Shown: positions 37,076 through 44,885 of the stretch, in pieces
How positions within the stretch are numbered: the stretch's first letter is position 1
Layout of the letters: the number at the start of each line of letters is the position of its first letter
Source: Limisphaerales bacterium
Lineage (GTDB): Bacteria; Verrucomicrobiota; Verrucomicrobiia; Limisphaerales; UBA11358
Length of the DNA stretch: 44,885 bases
Assembly (NCBI GenBank): GCA_025360325.1
Contig: JANYCI010000340.1
Coordinates: 1-44,885 of the forward strand
Direction: 5' to 3'
Translations under genes and position numbers: made by a program
Notes under the pieces: model-generated
The model's database searches: none
Told to the model about the DNA's origin: nothing
The model's input: the letters and a program-made list of their open reading frames with translations, nothing else

Positions 37076-39578
37076 TTTTTCCTCCCAGTTCGTAAATGAT
37101 GCACGTCGCCTCGTCGCGCAGTTTCACGACGGCGGTTTTTTCCAGATGCTCACGCAAGCCGGTGTAGTGTTCCAGCCACCAGAACGCGGGCTGCGGCAGC
37201 AGAAAATAATTTGCACCGGCGGCACGCAGCCTTTCGAGATGCGCGACGGCCTCGGTGCTGTCGGCGGGGTAAAGGTTCGCGTAGCTGCTGTCGGCGGCCT
37301 GCGGGAAATGCGCGCCGCACTGCGGGGAAAAATTCACGAGCGCGTCATCGCCCTTGCTAACGACCAGAATTATTGCGGCCCTCGGAAGCTGCGCGGCGAC
37401 GGCACGGACGCGTTCACGAAGCGCTTCATATTCCGGTGTGATGCGGCGCGCGTGTGGCTGCCATTTCACATTCCATTTCTTTTCGAAGCGCTCGCGATTG
37501 CTTTCCAGCACACGATCATATTCACCGTTCGTGCAAAGTTCACCAAACGACGCCTGGCCGAAGTGATGCACGAAAACATCTTCAGCGCATACGATTTTGA
37601 ATCCGGCAGCACGGACACGGCGGGAATAATCATCGTCCTCGAACATCCCAACCTCGAACTGTTCGTCCAGCGGGCCGACTTTTTGGAAAACCTCGCGCCG
37701 CATCGCCACGCAGAACATGGCGAGCATGGGGATTTCGCTTTGAGAACTGGACGTTCCAAATTGTAAGGTGCGGGCGGCGGCAAATTTTTCCAACTCGGCA
37801 AACGTGCGATACGGCGCGTCAATCTGCGCCTCGTTGCAAGTGCGGTTCGTGACCGGCCCGACGAGGCCGACTTCCGCTTTCTGCAAATGTGCGAGCAAAC
37901 CATCGCGCCAGCCGGGGAGAATGACCGTGTCGTTGTTGAGGAGAATTAAAATTTCGCCGGTCGCAAGCTTCAGGGCTTGATTGTTGGCGGGAGCAAAGCC
38001 GTGGTTTTTTTTGTTGAGGACGAGTTTCACGAACGAATTTTTCTGCGCGAGTTCACGGAGAAATTCCGGCGTGCCGTCGGTCGAAGCGTTGTCCACGACC
38101 AGAAGTTCATCTCCATCATGCCAGTCGGCGAGCAGCGTGGTGAGGCAGAGTTTCGTGTAGGCAAGGCCGTGGTGCGTGACGAGGATGACTGAAACGAGTT
38201 TTGAATTTTTATTTTTTAATTTTGAATTAAAAACCGGCGTCAGCAGCGCGAGCGCGGTCTGGATGGTCTGCTCCGGCAGACGCGTGGGCCAGCGGGAAAT
38301 GGGCGTGAGAAGGAGTGACGCGGGTAGGACAGGCGTCGCGCCTGTCTCCATTTTTTCAGAACTCACATTATTAAAATTAGAGACAGGCGCGACGCCTGTC
38401 CTACGCAGGCCAAGCTCGCCCAAAATTTTTCCGAGGACAACCTCGTGCGAAAAAAATTCGCGCGCGAGATCGCGCGCGGCACGGCGGTGCTTTTCGTAAT
38501 CGCCGTTGATGGCCTCCACGGCAGCGCACAAGTCATCCATCGTCGAAAACGAAAACAATCCGTTACCGGTGGGAAAAATGTTTCCAAAAGCTGTGTCTTG
38601 CGTGATGACGGGACGGCCAGCCGCGAGATAGGTCACGGCGCGGTCACTGAACCAGCCGCTGCGGAGCTTGATGTTCTGCTCTTTTGCCACCGTGAACTCA
38701 CCGCGTGAACCGCCAATGTAGTCGCGGTAACGGTCGAGGTCTTGCGAGACTTCGAGGCCGGGGCGCACGCGCCAGCCGTTTTGCTCCAACGTTTTTTGGT
38801 CGTCGGCGTTGTAGCTGGAGAGTGCGAGTTCAAACGGCTGCGCCGAAAATTTCTGCGGGAGCGAAATGAATTTCTCGAACTCGAAATGTTTGCTCCAGCG
38901 CAAGATCTCGCCGTTGAACTGCACTTCGCGCCACGGCTGCCGCCAGTTGCCGATGGTGGTGAAGGCCTCGCCGTGGCCGAGTCCGTGCTGTTCCCAAAAT
39001 TCCATCACGACGGGCTGGCGCGTCGGAAGAAAATTGAACTGCGATGGTTTCGGCACACGGCAGTCGGGCGCGCCGAGATTTTCGCCGAAGGTAAAAAACG
39101 CGCAGTGGGGTTGGAGATAATCGAGCGCTTCTTTTTTGCCGTTAAAAATTTCAATCTGCAAATCCACCGGATCGGTCTCCAGAAAAACCAGCCGGTTCGT
39201 GGCGGTGAGTTCTTCGGTGGGCAGATGGCTGCCGTGAAGATTGATGATAAGCGCGGCGTCACGGTAGAGATTTTTGAGCTGCGACTGGGTCATGCCGAAC
39301 CAGCGCGAATCGTAGATCGCGTGATAGGCCCAGTTGTTTTGCAGGCCGAAACGGGTCATCACACCGGCGATGTATTCGGCGGCACGCGCCGGGCCATCGT
39401 CCTTGTCATCGCGCATCAGCTTGCTCGGCGTGCAGCCGTGCGCTTCGACGTAGAAAACTTCGCAGCCAAGTTTTTGCAGGCCGATGAGATAATGAATCGT
39501 CTGCCACGCGACGCCCGCGACGGGGAAGTGGCTCAAGAAGCCGAGCAGGACAATTTTTGGTTTGCGCGTGACGTTCAT
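37068..39578 (-). CDS. Fusion: GT-B paralog C + GT2 + C-terminal unnamed module
   Basis: AGVAWQTIHYLIGLQKLGCEVFYVE...SGWFSDRAVTYLAAGRPV; VVDNASTDGT...LLNNDT...MFEDDDY. Confidence 0.85.
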   Translation of the reverse strand: MNVTRKPKIVLLGFLSHFPVAGVAWQTIHYLIGLQKLGCEVFYVEAHGCTPSKLMRDDKDDGPARAAEYIAGVMTRFGLQNNWAYHAIYDSRWFGMTQSQLKNLYRDAALIINLHGSHLPTEELTATNRLVFLETDPVDLQIEIFNGKKEALDYLQPHCAFFTFGENLGAPDCRVPKPSQFNFLPTRQPVVMEFWEQHGLGHGEAFTTIGNWRQPWREVQFNGEILRWSKHFEFEKFISLPQKFSAQPFELALSSYNADDQKTLEQNGWRVRPGLEVSQDLDRYRDYIGGSRGEFTVAKEQNIKLRSGWFSDRAVTYLAAGRPVITQDTAFGNIFPTGNGLFSFSTMDDLCAAVEAINGDYEKHRRAARDLAREFFSHEVVLGKILGELGLRRTGVAPVSNFNNVSSEKMETGATPVLPASLLLTPISRWPTRLPEQTIQTALALLTPVFNSKLKNKNSKLVSVILVTHHGLAYTKLCLTTLLADWHDGDELLVVDNASTDGTPEFLRELAQKNSFVKLVLNKKNHGFAPANNQALKLATGEILILLNNDTVILPGWRDGLLAHLQKAEVGLVGPVTNRTCNEAQIDAPYRTFAELEKFAAARTLQFGTSSSQSEIPMLAMFCVAMRREVFQKVGPLDEQFEVGMFEDDDYSRRVRAAGFKIVCAEDVFVHHFGQASFGELCTNGEYDRVLESNRERFEKKWNVKWQPHARRITPEYEALRERVRAVAAQLPRAAIILVVSKGDDALVNFSPQCGAHFPQAADSSYANLYPADSTEAVAHLERLRAAGANYFLLPQPAFWWLEHYTGLREHLEKTAVVKLRDEATCIIYELGGKNA
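38198..38228. repeat. Degenerate AT-rich heptamer repeat inside a CDS linker
   Basis: gttttga attttta tttttta attttga att; encodes NSKLKNKNSKL. Confidence 0.6.
38324..38404. repeat. GTAG-type REP inverted pair (81 bp) in-frame in the GT-B/GT2 linker
   Basis: Perfect 25-nt IR gtaggacaggcgtcgcgcctgtctc / gagacaggcgcgacgcctgtcctac around an AT-rich spacer. Confidence 0.9.
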
Positions 39579-39591
39579 GCAAATTTAATTC

Positions 39592-39665
39592 TCACGCAAA
39601 GGCGCAAAGGCGCAGAGGAAGTCCTTTTTGCGGGGAATTCTTTGCGACTTTGCGGCTTTGCGTGA
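39592..39665. repeat. Inverted pair of octamer arrays (CGCAAAGN)3, intergenic
   Basis: tcacgcaaaggcgcaaaggcgcagag (39592-39617) / ctttgcgactttgcggctttgcgtga (39640-39665), 3 mismatches. Confidence 0.8.
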
Positions 39666-39672
39666 ACTTTTT

Positions 39673-41523
39673 TCATACTGATTGCGCCGTGGCGGTGGCG
39701 AGTTTGCTTTGGCGGACGGCGGCGATTTGCGCGTCGTAGAGTTGTTTGTAGAGTCCGTTTTTCGCGATGAGTTCATCCTGCGTGCCGCGCTCGACGAGTT
39801 CGCCGTGGTTGATGACGAGGACTTGATCGGCGTGTTTTAACGTGGAGAGGCGATGCGCGATCATGAACGTGGTGCGGCCAACCATGAGGCGTTCGAGCGC
39901 TTCGAGAATCACGGCTTCGGTCTTGGAATCCACGGAGGAAGTGGGTTCGTCGAGAATCAGAATCGGCGCGTCCTTCAAAAACGCCCGCGCGACGGCGACG
40001 CGCTGGCGTTCGCCGCCGGAAATTTGCGCGCCGCGTTCGCCGAGAATCGTTTCATATTTTTGCGGCAGACGTTCGATGAAGTCATGCGCGTTCGCGGCTT
40101 TCGCGGCGGCTATGATTTCTTCTGTGGTCGCTTCGAGGCGACCGTAGCGGATGTTCTCGGCAATCGTGCCGGAAAACAACAACGGCTCTTGCAACACGAT
40201 GCTGATCTGCGCCCGGAGCGATTTGAGCGTGAGGTCGCGGAGGTTCACGCCGTCGAGAAAAATGCCGCCAGCCTTCGCGTCGTAGAAGCGCGGAATCAAA
40301 CTCACAAGCGTGGATTTGCCCGCGCCGGTCTGGCCGACGATGCCGATGACTTGTCCGGGTTTGGCCTCAAACGAAATTTTTTTCAACGTGTCCACGCGGC
40401 CGGTGTAGCTGAAATCCACGTTTTCAAAACGGACGCCGCCGCGCACGCGTTCGATGTTTTTTGCCGTTGGCGAATCTTTGATGTCCGGCACGGTGTCGAG
40501 AAATTCAAACGTGTTTTTCAGCGAGATGAAGCGATCCTGCAACGAGCCGATGGTGAAGCTGATTTGTTCGAGCGGTTTGTAGATGGCGGCAATGTAAGCA
40601 ATGATGACGGTGAGTTCGCCCACAGTGAATGCGCCCGCCGGCCAACCGGCTTGCTTCGCGTGCAACACGTCCACCGCGCCGAGGCCCAGCACGAGCGCGG
40701 CACCGATGGCGGTGATGAAATTCACGACAAGCGAAAAAATCGTCTGGCGCACGGTGACTTTCACGCGCTCCTTCACGGCGAGCGTGGTCTGGTCGCGGAA
40801 ACGCTTGTGCTCCCGGTCTTCACGCCCGAACGCGACGATGACGCGCATCATGGCGAACGCCTCGTGGATGATGGAGAGCGATTCGGATTCGAGCGTGCGG
40901 ACGCGCTGGATTTTGTCCTGGATATGCGTGGCGTAGTAGCCGACGGAGTAATACAAAAATGGCACGACGGTAATCGCGGCGAGCGCGAGCTTGGGATTGA
41001 GGTGATACGTCACCCAAAACATTCCGACCAATGTCAGCGCGGCTTCGACGAGCATGGGGATGGTCATCACGAGTCCGGCGGGCGCGTCGCCCTGGCTGTT
41101 GATCATGTAGATCAAACCGCCGCTGCGCCGCTGGTCGTGGTAGGCGAGCGACATTTTCTGCGCGTGCAGAAACATCTCGCTGCGGAAATCGAGCGTGATG
41201 TTTTGATCAATTTTCGTGTTCACGAAATTGGCGGCGACGTGGAGCGCATCGAGGATGAGCAGCAGCCCGAGACCCGCGAGCGCAGCGAAGAGGATGAGCG
41301 CAGTGGGATTCGACGCGATGGAGGTGGGAATCCATTGCAACCAAGAGGCGAGCTGCTTGTCGCCGAGAGCGTTGTCAATCACGATGAGCAGCGGCCACGG
41401 CGTCGCGAGCGTGACGATGGCCGTGAGCACGGTCAGTGCCACCGAGAGCGCGGCGAGCGTCCGGTGCGGACGCAGGTAGCGCAGGGTGCGCTTGACATAG
41501 CGCATCGGAATAGTGCTTTTCAT
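39673..41523 (-). CDS. ABC exporter, fused TMD-NBD (MsbA/NdvA-like)
   Basis: N-terminal TM helices; GQTGAGKST, ISGGERQR, ILILDEPTS, IAHRLST. Confidence 0.95.
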   Translation of the reverse strand: MKSTIPMRYVKRTLRYLRPHRTLAALSVALTVLTAIVTLATPWPLLIVIDNALGDKQLASWLQWIPTSIASNPTALILFAALAGLGLLLILDALHVAANFVNTKIDQNITLDFRSEMFLHAQKMSLAYHDQRRSGGLIYMINSQGDAPAGLVMTIPMLVEAALTLVGMFWVTYHLNPKLALAAITVVPFLYYSVGYYATHIQDKIQRVRTLESESLSIIHEAFAMMRVIVAFGREDREHKRFRDQTTLAVKERVKVTVRQTIFSLVVNFITAIGAALVLGLGAVDVLHAKQAGWPAGAFTVGELTVIIAYIAAIYKPLEQISFTIGSLQDRFISLKNTFEFLDTVPDIKDSPTAKNIERVRGGVRFENVDFSYTGRVDTLKKISFEAKPGQVIGIVGQTGAGKSTLVSLIPRFYDAKAGGIFLDGVNLRDLTLKSLRAQISIVLQEPLLFSGTIAENIRYGRLEATTEEIIAAAKAANAHDFIERLPQKYETILGERGAQISGGERQRVAVARAFLKDAPILILDEPTSSVDSKTEAVILEALERLMVGRTTFMIAHRLSTLKHADQVLVINHGELVERGTQDELIAKNGLYKQLYDAQIAAVRQSKLATATAQSV

Positions 41524-44018
41524 TTTCCGCTCACAGATTTTAATTTCATTTCGCGAATCGTCCGGCGAACCAGCGCCATCGCTGCCGCGCTTTCAACGAT
41601 CATCGCCACCAGACAAATCAAAGTCACCGCGCCGAACACGCCCACGGCCACCCACGCGGCATCAAGCGCGGCACCGAGCGTCAGCACCGCCGCGTAACTC
41701 AACGTGATGAGCGACGCGTCCGGCCAGTGCGGCCACAGTTTGAAACGGATATTTTGTTTTTCACCGCCGTGTTCCTCGGCCAGCAACCGCAGTCGCACCG
41801 CGCCCAGCACGCCACCGCGAATTTCCAAATCCCAGCGGTCATAATCGCCGCCGCGAAAAACGCCCGCGCCCGCTTCCTGCAACGGAATTTCCACGGCCAG
41901 CAGCCAGTCGGTCGGCGACCGCCAGCGTTCGCTCCACACGACTTTCTCTCCCGGCAGCGGCAGGGCGAAACCAGTCAGCCGGCGTCGGCCCCACGGTGTT
42001 AGCCCCGCGCCAACGCGTCCGCGTAACCGCGCAATGGGCTGCAGCAAATTCAGCAACGACACCAGCGCGAACTGGGAAAAACCGTTCAGCGGCAGCCGCC
42101 GCGCCTGCAACACGGCCCGCGCAACGGTGATGCCAACCGCGATCACCAAAATCGGAGCGAACCACAGGAGCGGTTTCCAGAATGGTGCCAGCGCCAGCAA
42201 AATAATCAGCGCGAAAATAATCACATACCATTCCGGCATCCGCACGACCGACCAGAACGTGCTGGGCGCCGGCTCGTAGAGCGATTGAAACAGCGCGCTG
42301 CCCCAGGTGCCGTGATAAATCCGCGAACGTCCCACCGTGAGCGCCGCGAGCCGGCCGAGTCCATAGATGCGACCATGCCACGCGGGCTGCCCGGCGGCGT
42401 TGTATTTCGCGGGCCACTTGCGTTCGAGCGCGGCCTCGGCCTTGCCGTAGCCGGATTGTTGTTTCCAATAGGTGCCGATAGTTTGCCGCCGGTGGTGCCA
42501 GACCATCGCGCCGGGATGGAAACCGATTTTCCAACCGGCATAGTGAAAACGCCAGCAGATATCCACGTCATCACCCGCGACCAAGAAGCGCGGATCAAAT
42601 CCGCCGAGTGCGAGCAGCGCGGATTTGCGGAACGCCATGTTGCAGCCGGGAATGTGCTCGGCCTCGCGGTCGGTGAGCAAAACGTGGATCGGGCCGCCGG
42701 GCGCGTGGGCGACGCAGCGAGCGGTGAAATTTTCCGTGGCGGGCGGAATGTTCGGCCCGCCGGCGGCGGCGCAGTCCGTCGTGGCGAACGTGTGCGCGAG
42801 AAATTTCAGCCAGTGCGGATCAGGCCACGCATCGTCGTCGAGATAGGCGACAATTTCACCTGTCGCAGCTTCGCAACCGGCGTTGCGCGCCGCGCTCAAA
42901 CCGGAGTGGGTCTGGTTGACGAGCCGCACGGGAAATTGTTTGGCGATGGCGGCGACGCGTTCATCCGCGCCGTCGTTGACCACGATGACTTCGTAGTCGG
43001 GATACTCCACGCGCTGCAAACCGGCGAGCGATTCGTTCAGCGTGGCCGCGCCGCGATAAGTGCAAATCACAACGGAGATGCGCGGCCAGGAATTTTTTCC
43101 TGCGAACGGCAGTTGCGCGAACGCCTCCCGAACGGCGGCGAGCGAAAGTTTTTCCGTGCGGTCGCGGCGCGTGAGGCCAAAGTCCCAGTCGAGAATGTCG
43201 TTGCCGCCGCGATGCCATTCGTCCGTCCACGAAAAAATAAAAACACCGGCCACGCCGCCCTCGAACGCAAGCCGCAACTGCCAATCCAGCGATGCGGCCT
43301 GACCGGACTCACCGTTGCGGCGGCTGTCGAGACCCACTTCCGTGAACAGCAGCGGCTTGTCCGCCGCGAGATTTTGCAAGCGCGCAAGATAGGCAGAAAA
43401 TTTTTCCGGCGTTTCGAGATAGACGTTGAAACAAAATAAATCCACGAACGGCAGTTCGAGATATTCAGTCGAAGGATAGTTGACATAGGCGATCAGCGCA
43501 TCGGGCGCATCCGCCTTGGCGAGCAGATACAGGCGGCGGATGAATTTTTCAATCACGCGCGGCCCGTGCCAGCGGACGACCGGCGCAGGAATCTCGTTGC
43601 CGATGGCGAAGCCCAGCAGCGCGGGATGGCCGGCGCATGCCCGCACACCCTCGGAAATTTTTTCCTCGACGCGCCGGGTAATTTCCTCGTCGGCCAAAAA
43701 CGCGACGTGCTGCTCCCACGGCAAACCGACGAGCACCCAGATTTGTTTTTCGTGCGCGAGGTCCAGCAGCCAGCGCGGCGGAACGGTGTAGAGGCGGACG
43801 GCGTTGATGCCGGTCGCGGCCATGGTTTCAAAATCACGCGCAGCGATTTCCGGGTCGTGGTATTCGCAGCCGTTGCTTTCGGGACGGAATGGGCCGTAGG
43901 TGACGCCGCGCAAAAAAAGTTTTTCCTCACCGAGCCAGATAAATTTTCCACGAACCACCGGGCGGGGGGAGACAGTTTCAATTTTTGAGTCGGGGTTGGA
44001 GGCGTGGCGGGATGACAT
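41520..44018 (-). CDS. Fusion: clan GH-A (GH2-like) TIM barrel + GT2 + C-terminal TM helices
   Basis: LRGVTYGPF, INAVRLY, AIGNEIP (acid/base), LLFTEVG (nucleophile), FSWTDEW; ISVVICTY, VVNDG, YLDDDA, PGCNM, GDDVD; hydrophobic C-terminus. Confidence 0.85.
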   Translation of the reverse strand: MSSRHASNPDSKIETVSPRPVVRGKFIWLGEEKLFLRGVTYGPFRPESNGCEYHDPEIAARDFETMAATGINAVRLYTVPPRWLLDLAHEKQIWVLVGLPWEQHVAFLADEEITRRVEEKISEGVRACAGHPALLGFAIGNEIPAPVVRWHGPRVIEKFIRRLYLLAKADAPDALIAYVNYPSTEYLELPFVDLFCFNVYLETPEKFSAYLARLQNLAADKPLLFTEVGLDSRRNGESGQAASLDWQLRLAFEGGVAGVFIFSWTDEWHRGGNDILDWDFGLTRRDRTEKLSLAAVREAFAQLPFAGKNSWPRISVVICTYRGAATLNESLAGLQRVEYPDYEVIVVNDGADERVAAIAKQFPVRLVNQTHSGLSAARNAGCEAATGEIVAYLDDDAWPDPHWLKFLAHTFATTDCAAAGGPNIPPATENFTARCVAHAPGGPIHVLLTDREAEHIPGCNMAFRKSALLALGGFDPRFLVAGDDVDICWRFHYAGWKIGFHPGAMVWHHRRQTIGTYWKQQSGYGKAEAALERKWPAKYNAAGQPAWHGRIYGLGRLAALTVGRSRIYHGTWGSALFQSLYEPAPSTFWSVVRMPEWYVIIFALIILLALAPFWKPLLWFAPILVIAVGITVARAVLQARRLPLNGFSQFALVSLLNLLQPIARLRGRVGAGLTPWGRRRLTGFALPLPGEKVVWSERWRSPTDWLLAVEIPLQEAGAGVFRGGDYDRWDLEIRGGVLGAVRLRLLAEEHGGEKQNIRFKLWPHWPDASLITLSYAAVLTLGAALDAAWVAVGVFGAVTLICLVAMIVESAAAMALVRRTIREMKLKSVSGK

Positions 44019-44021
44019 GGG

Positions 44022-44645
44022 TCAGAATTTTAGAACCACGTCATTCGTCTGCGACTGCGTCGTGGCGGCAACATGACCGTCGAAAAATAAAAAATTAGCC
44101 CGCGCGCTGTGCCGGTAGCTGATCTGGTCGCCGGACAGCATCTCCACCGGCGGATGATTGTAGCTGGAGATGACATCGCCGAGGTAAAACGTCTGCGCGG
44201 GCGACTTGACCTCGGATTCCTTACGGGTCGTGGGCAGCGGAAAATTCACGGCGGTGTAGGCGTTCATGCCGAAGCTGATCTGGAAGGTGTTGTTGACCGC
44301 GTCGGGTTCCAGCTTGCGTCCGGGGCAGGAATAAACGCCGGTTTCAAAATCATCATCGCCATTGAAATCCCACTGCTGGCCGAGAATCTCCGGGGCGAGC
44401 AACGCGTAGAAATTATTTTCCGTTGGATCGGGATCATCCACCCACGCGAACGGCAGCCGGTGATCGTTCTCTTCGGTGTAAAGCGTCGCGCCCAGAAAAA
44501 CTTGCCGGAGATGGCCGGTGCATTGCACGGCATAGGCGCGCTGCTTGGCCTTGGTGAGCGCGGGCAGCAGCAACGCCGCAAGAATGGCGATGATCGCGAT
44601 GACCACCAGTAATTCCAGCAGGGTGAATGCTCTGATTTTTTTCAT
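44022..44645 (-). CDS. Prepilin-type N-terminal cleavage/methylation protein with H-X9-DG motif (DUF1559-like)
   Basis: MKKIRA-FTLLELLVVIAIIAILAALLLPAL; C-terminal RHSARANFLFFDGHV. Confidence 0.92.
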   Translation of the reverse strand: MKKIRAFTLLELLVVIAIIAILAALLLPALTKAKQRAYAVQCTGHLRQVFLGATLYTEENDHRLPFAWVDDPDPTENNFYALLAPEILGQQWDFNGDDDFETGVYSCPGRKLEPDAVNNTFQISFGMNAYTAVNFPLPTTRKESEVKSPAQTFYLGDVISSYNHPPVEMLSGDQISYRHSARANFLFFDGHVAATTQSQTNDVVLKF

Positions 44646-44822
44646 GGCCTTGTCCGCCGCACCGCTCAAAAATGTAACCCGAATTTAACACAACCGCCCG
44701 CCCGCGAAAGGCCGGTTTTCATTAAAATAATTTTATCATCCGCACCTTAGTGCCTGTCTGAAAAAGCGAATTAGCGATTTGCGGGAAAATATTTCTGCAA
44801 AAAAACGCATAAAACACTTGAT

Positions 44823-44850
44823 TTGACTGGCTATTTTCGGGACTTACCTT
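44823..44850 (+). promoter_or_regulatory. Possible sigma70-like promoter for a divergent gene starting at ATG 44872 (runs off the window)
   Basis: TTGACT-N16-TACCTT in an AT-rich intergenic region; ATG AAA ATC GCT at 44872. Confidence 0.3.
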
Positions 44851-44885
44851 CGCGGCAGCGCCATTCAGGCGATGAAAATCGCTAC

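Noticed and set aside
30007-38404. CRISPR array from the recurring gacaggcg..cgcctgtc repeats
   Set aside because: Copies are inverted pairs kilobases apart, not direct repeats with regular spacers, and no cas genes are present.
40630-40665. Small hairpin encoding an extra loop (AKQAGWPAG) in the ABC exporter
   Set aside because: The stem is only 5 bp and no related copy is in the window; cannot be called a repeat insertion.

Overview
GC-rich bacterial DNA, most likely from a Verrucomicrobiota (Pedosphaera/Limisphaera-like) genome. This is inferred from a prepilin/H-X9-DG gene, the shared C-terminal domain on secreted proteins and the style of the palindromic repeats. Almost all real genes are on the minus strand. 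Block 1 (1-5270) holds secreted carbohydrate/redox proteins: a large sugar-dehydrogenase/diheme-cytochrome/LamG protein missed by the ORF track, a GH43 and an orphan C-terminal fragment. Block 2 (5301-18075) is an unusual envelope locus: a surface protein, a PstS-like binding protein, an AraC regulator fused in one frame to a TpsB outer-membrane translocator, a filamentous-haemagglutinin-like TpsA, ExbB, ExbD, TonB, ExbD and a putative lipoprotein, with no TonB-dependent receptor in the window. Block 3 (18551-20929) is a carbamoyltransferase with SxtJ-like and DUF5989/SxtK-like partners, followed by a divergent HAF-repeat/Ig protein. Block 4 (23070-44645) is a tightly coupled glycoconjugate operon of about 21.5 kb. 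It contains a prepilin, a GH-A/GT2 fusion, an ABC exporter, three paralogous GT-B domains, GT2/GT4/GH99-like enzymes, a sulfotransferase plus CysC, a thymidine-kinase-like/double-methyltransferase fusion, an APH-like kinase and a ChbG deacetylase. Four of its enzymes share an unnamed module of about 110 aa (five copies). Several miniature palindromic or heptamer repeats have inserted in-frame into coding sequences. No rRNA, tRNA, CRISPR array or transposase was seen. All family calls are by eye from motifs, not from database searches.
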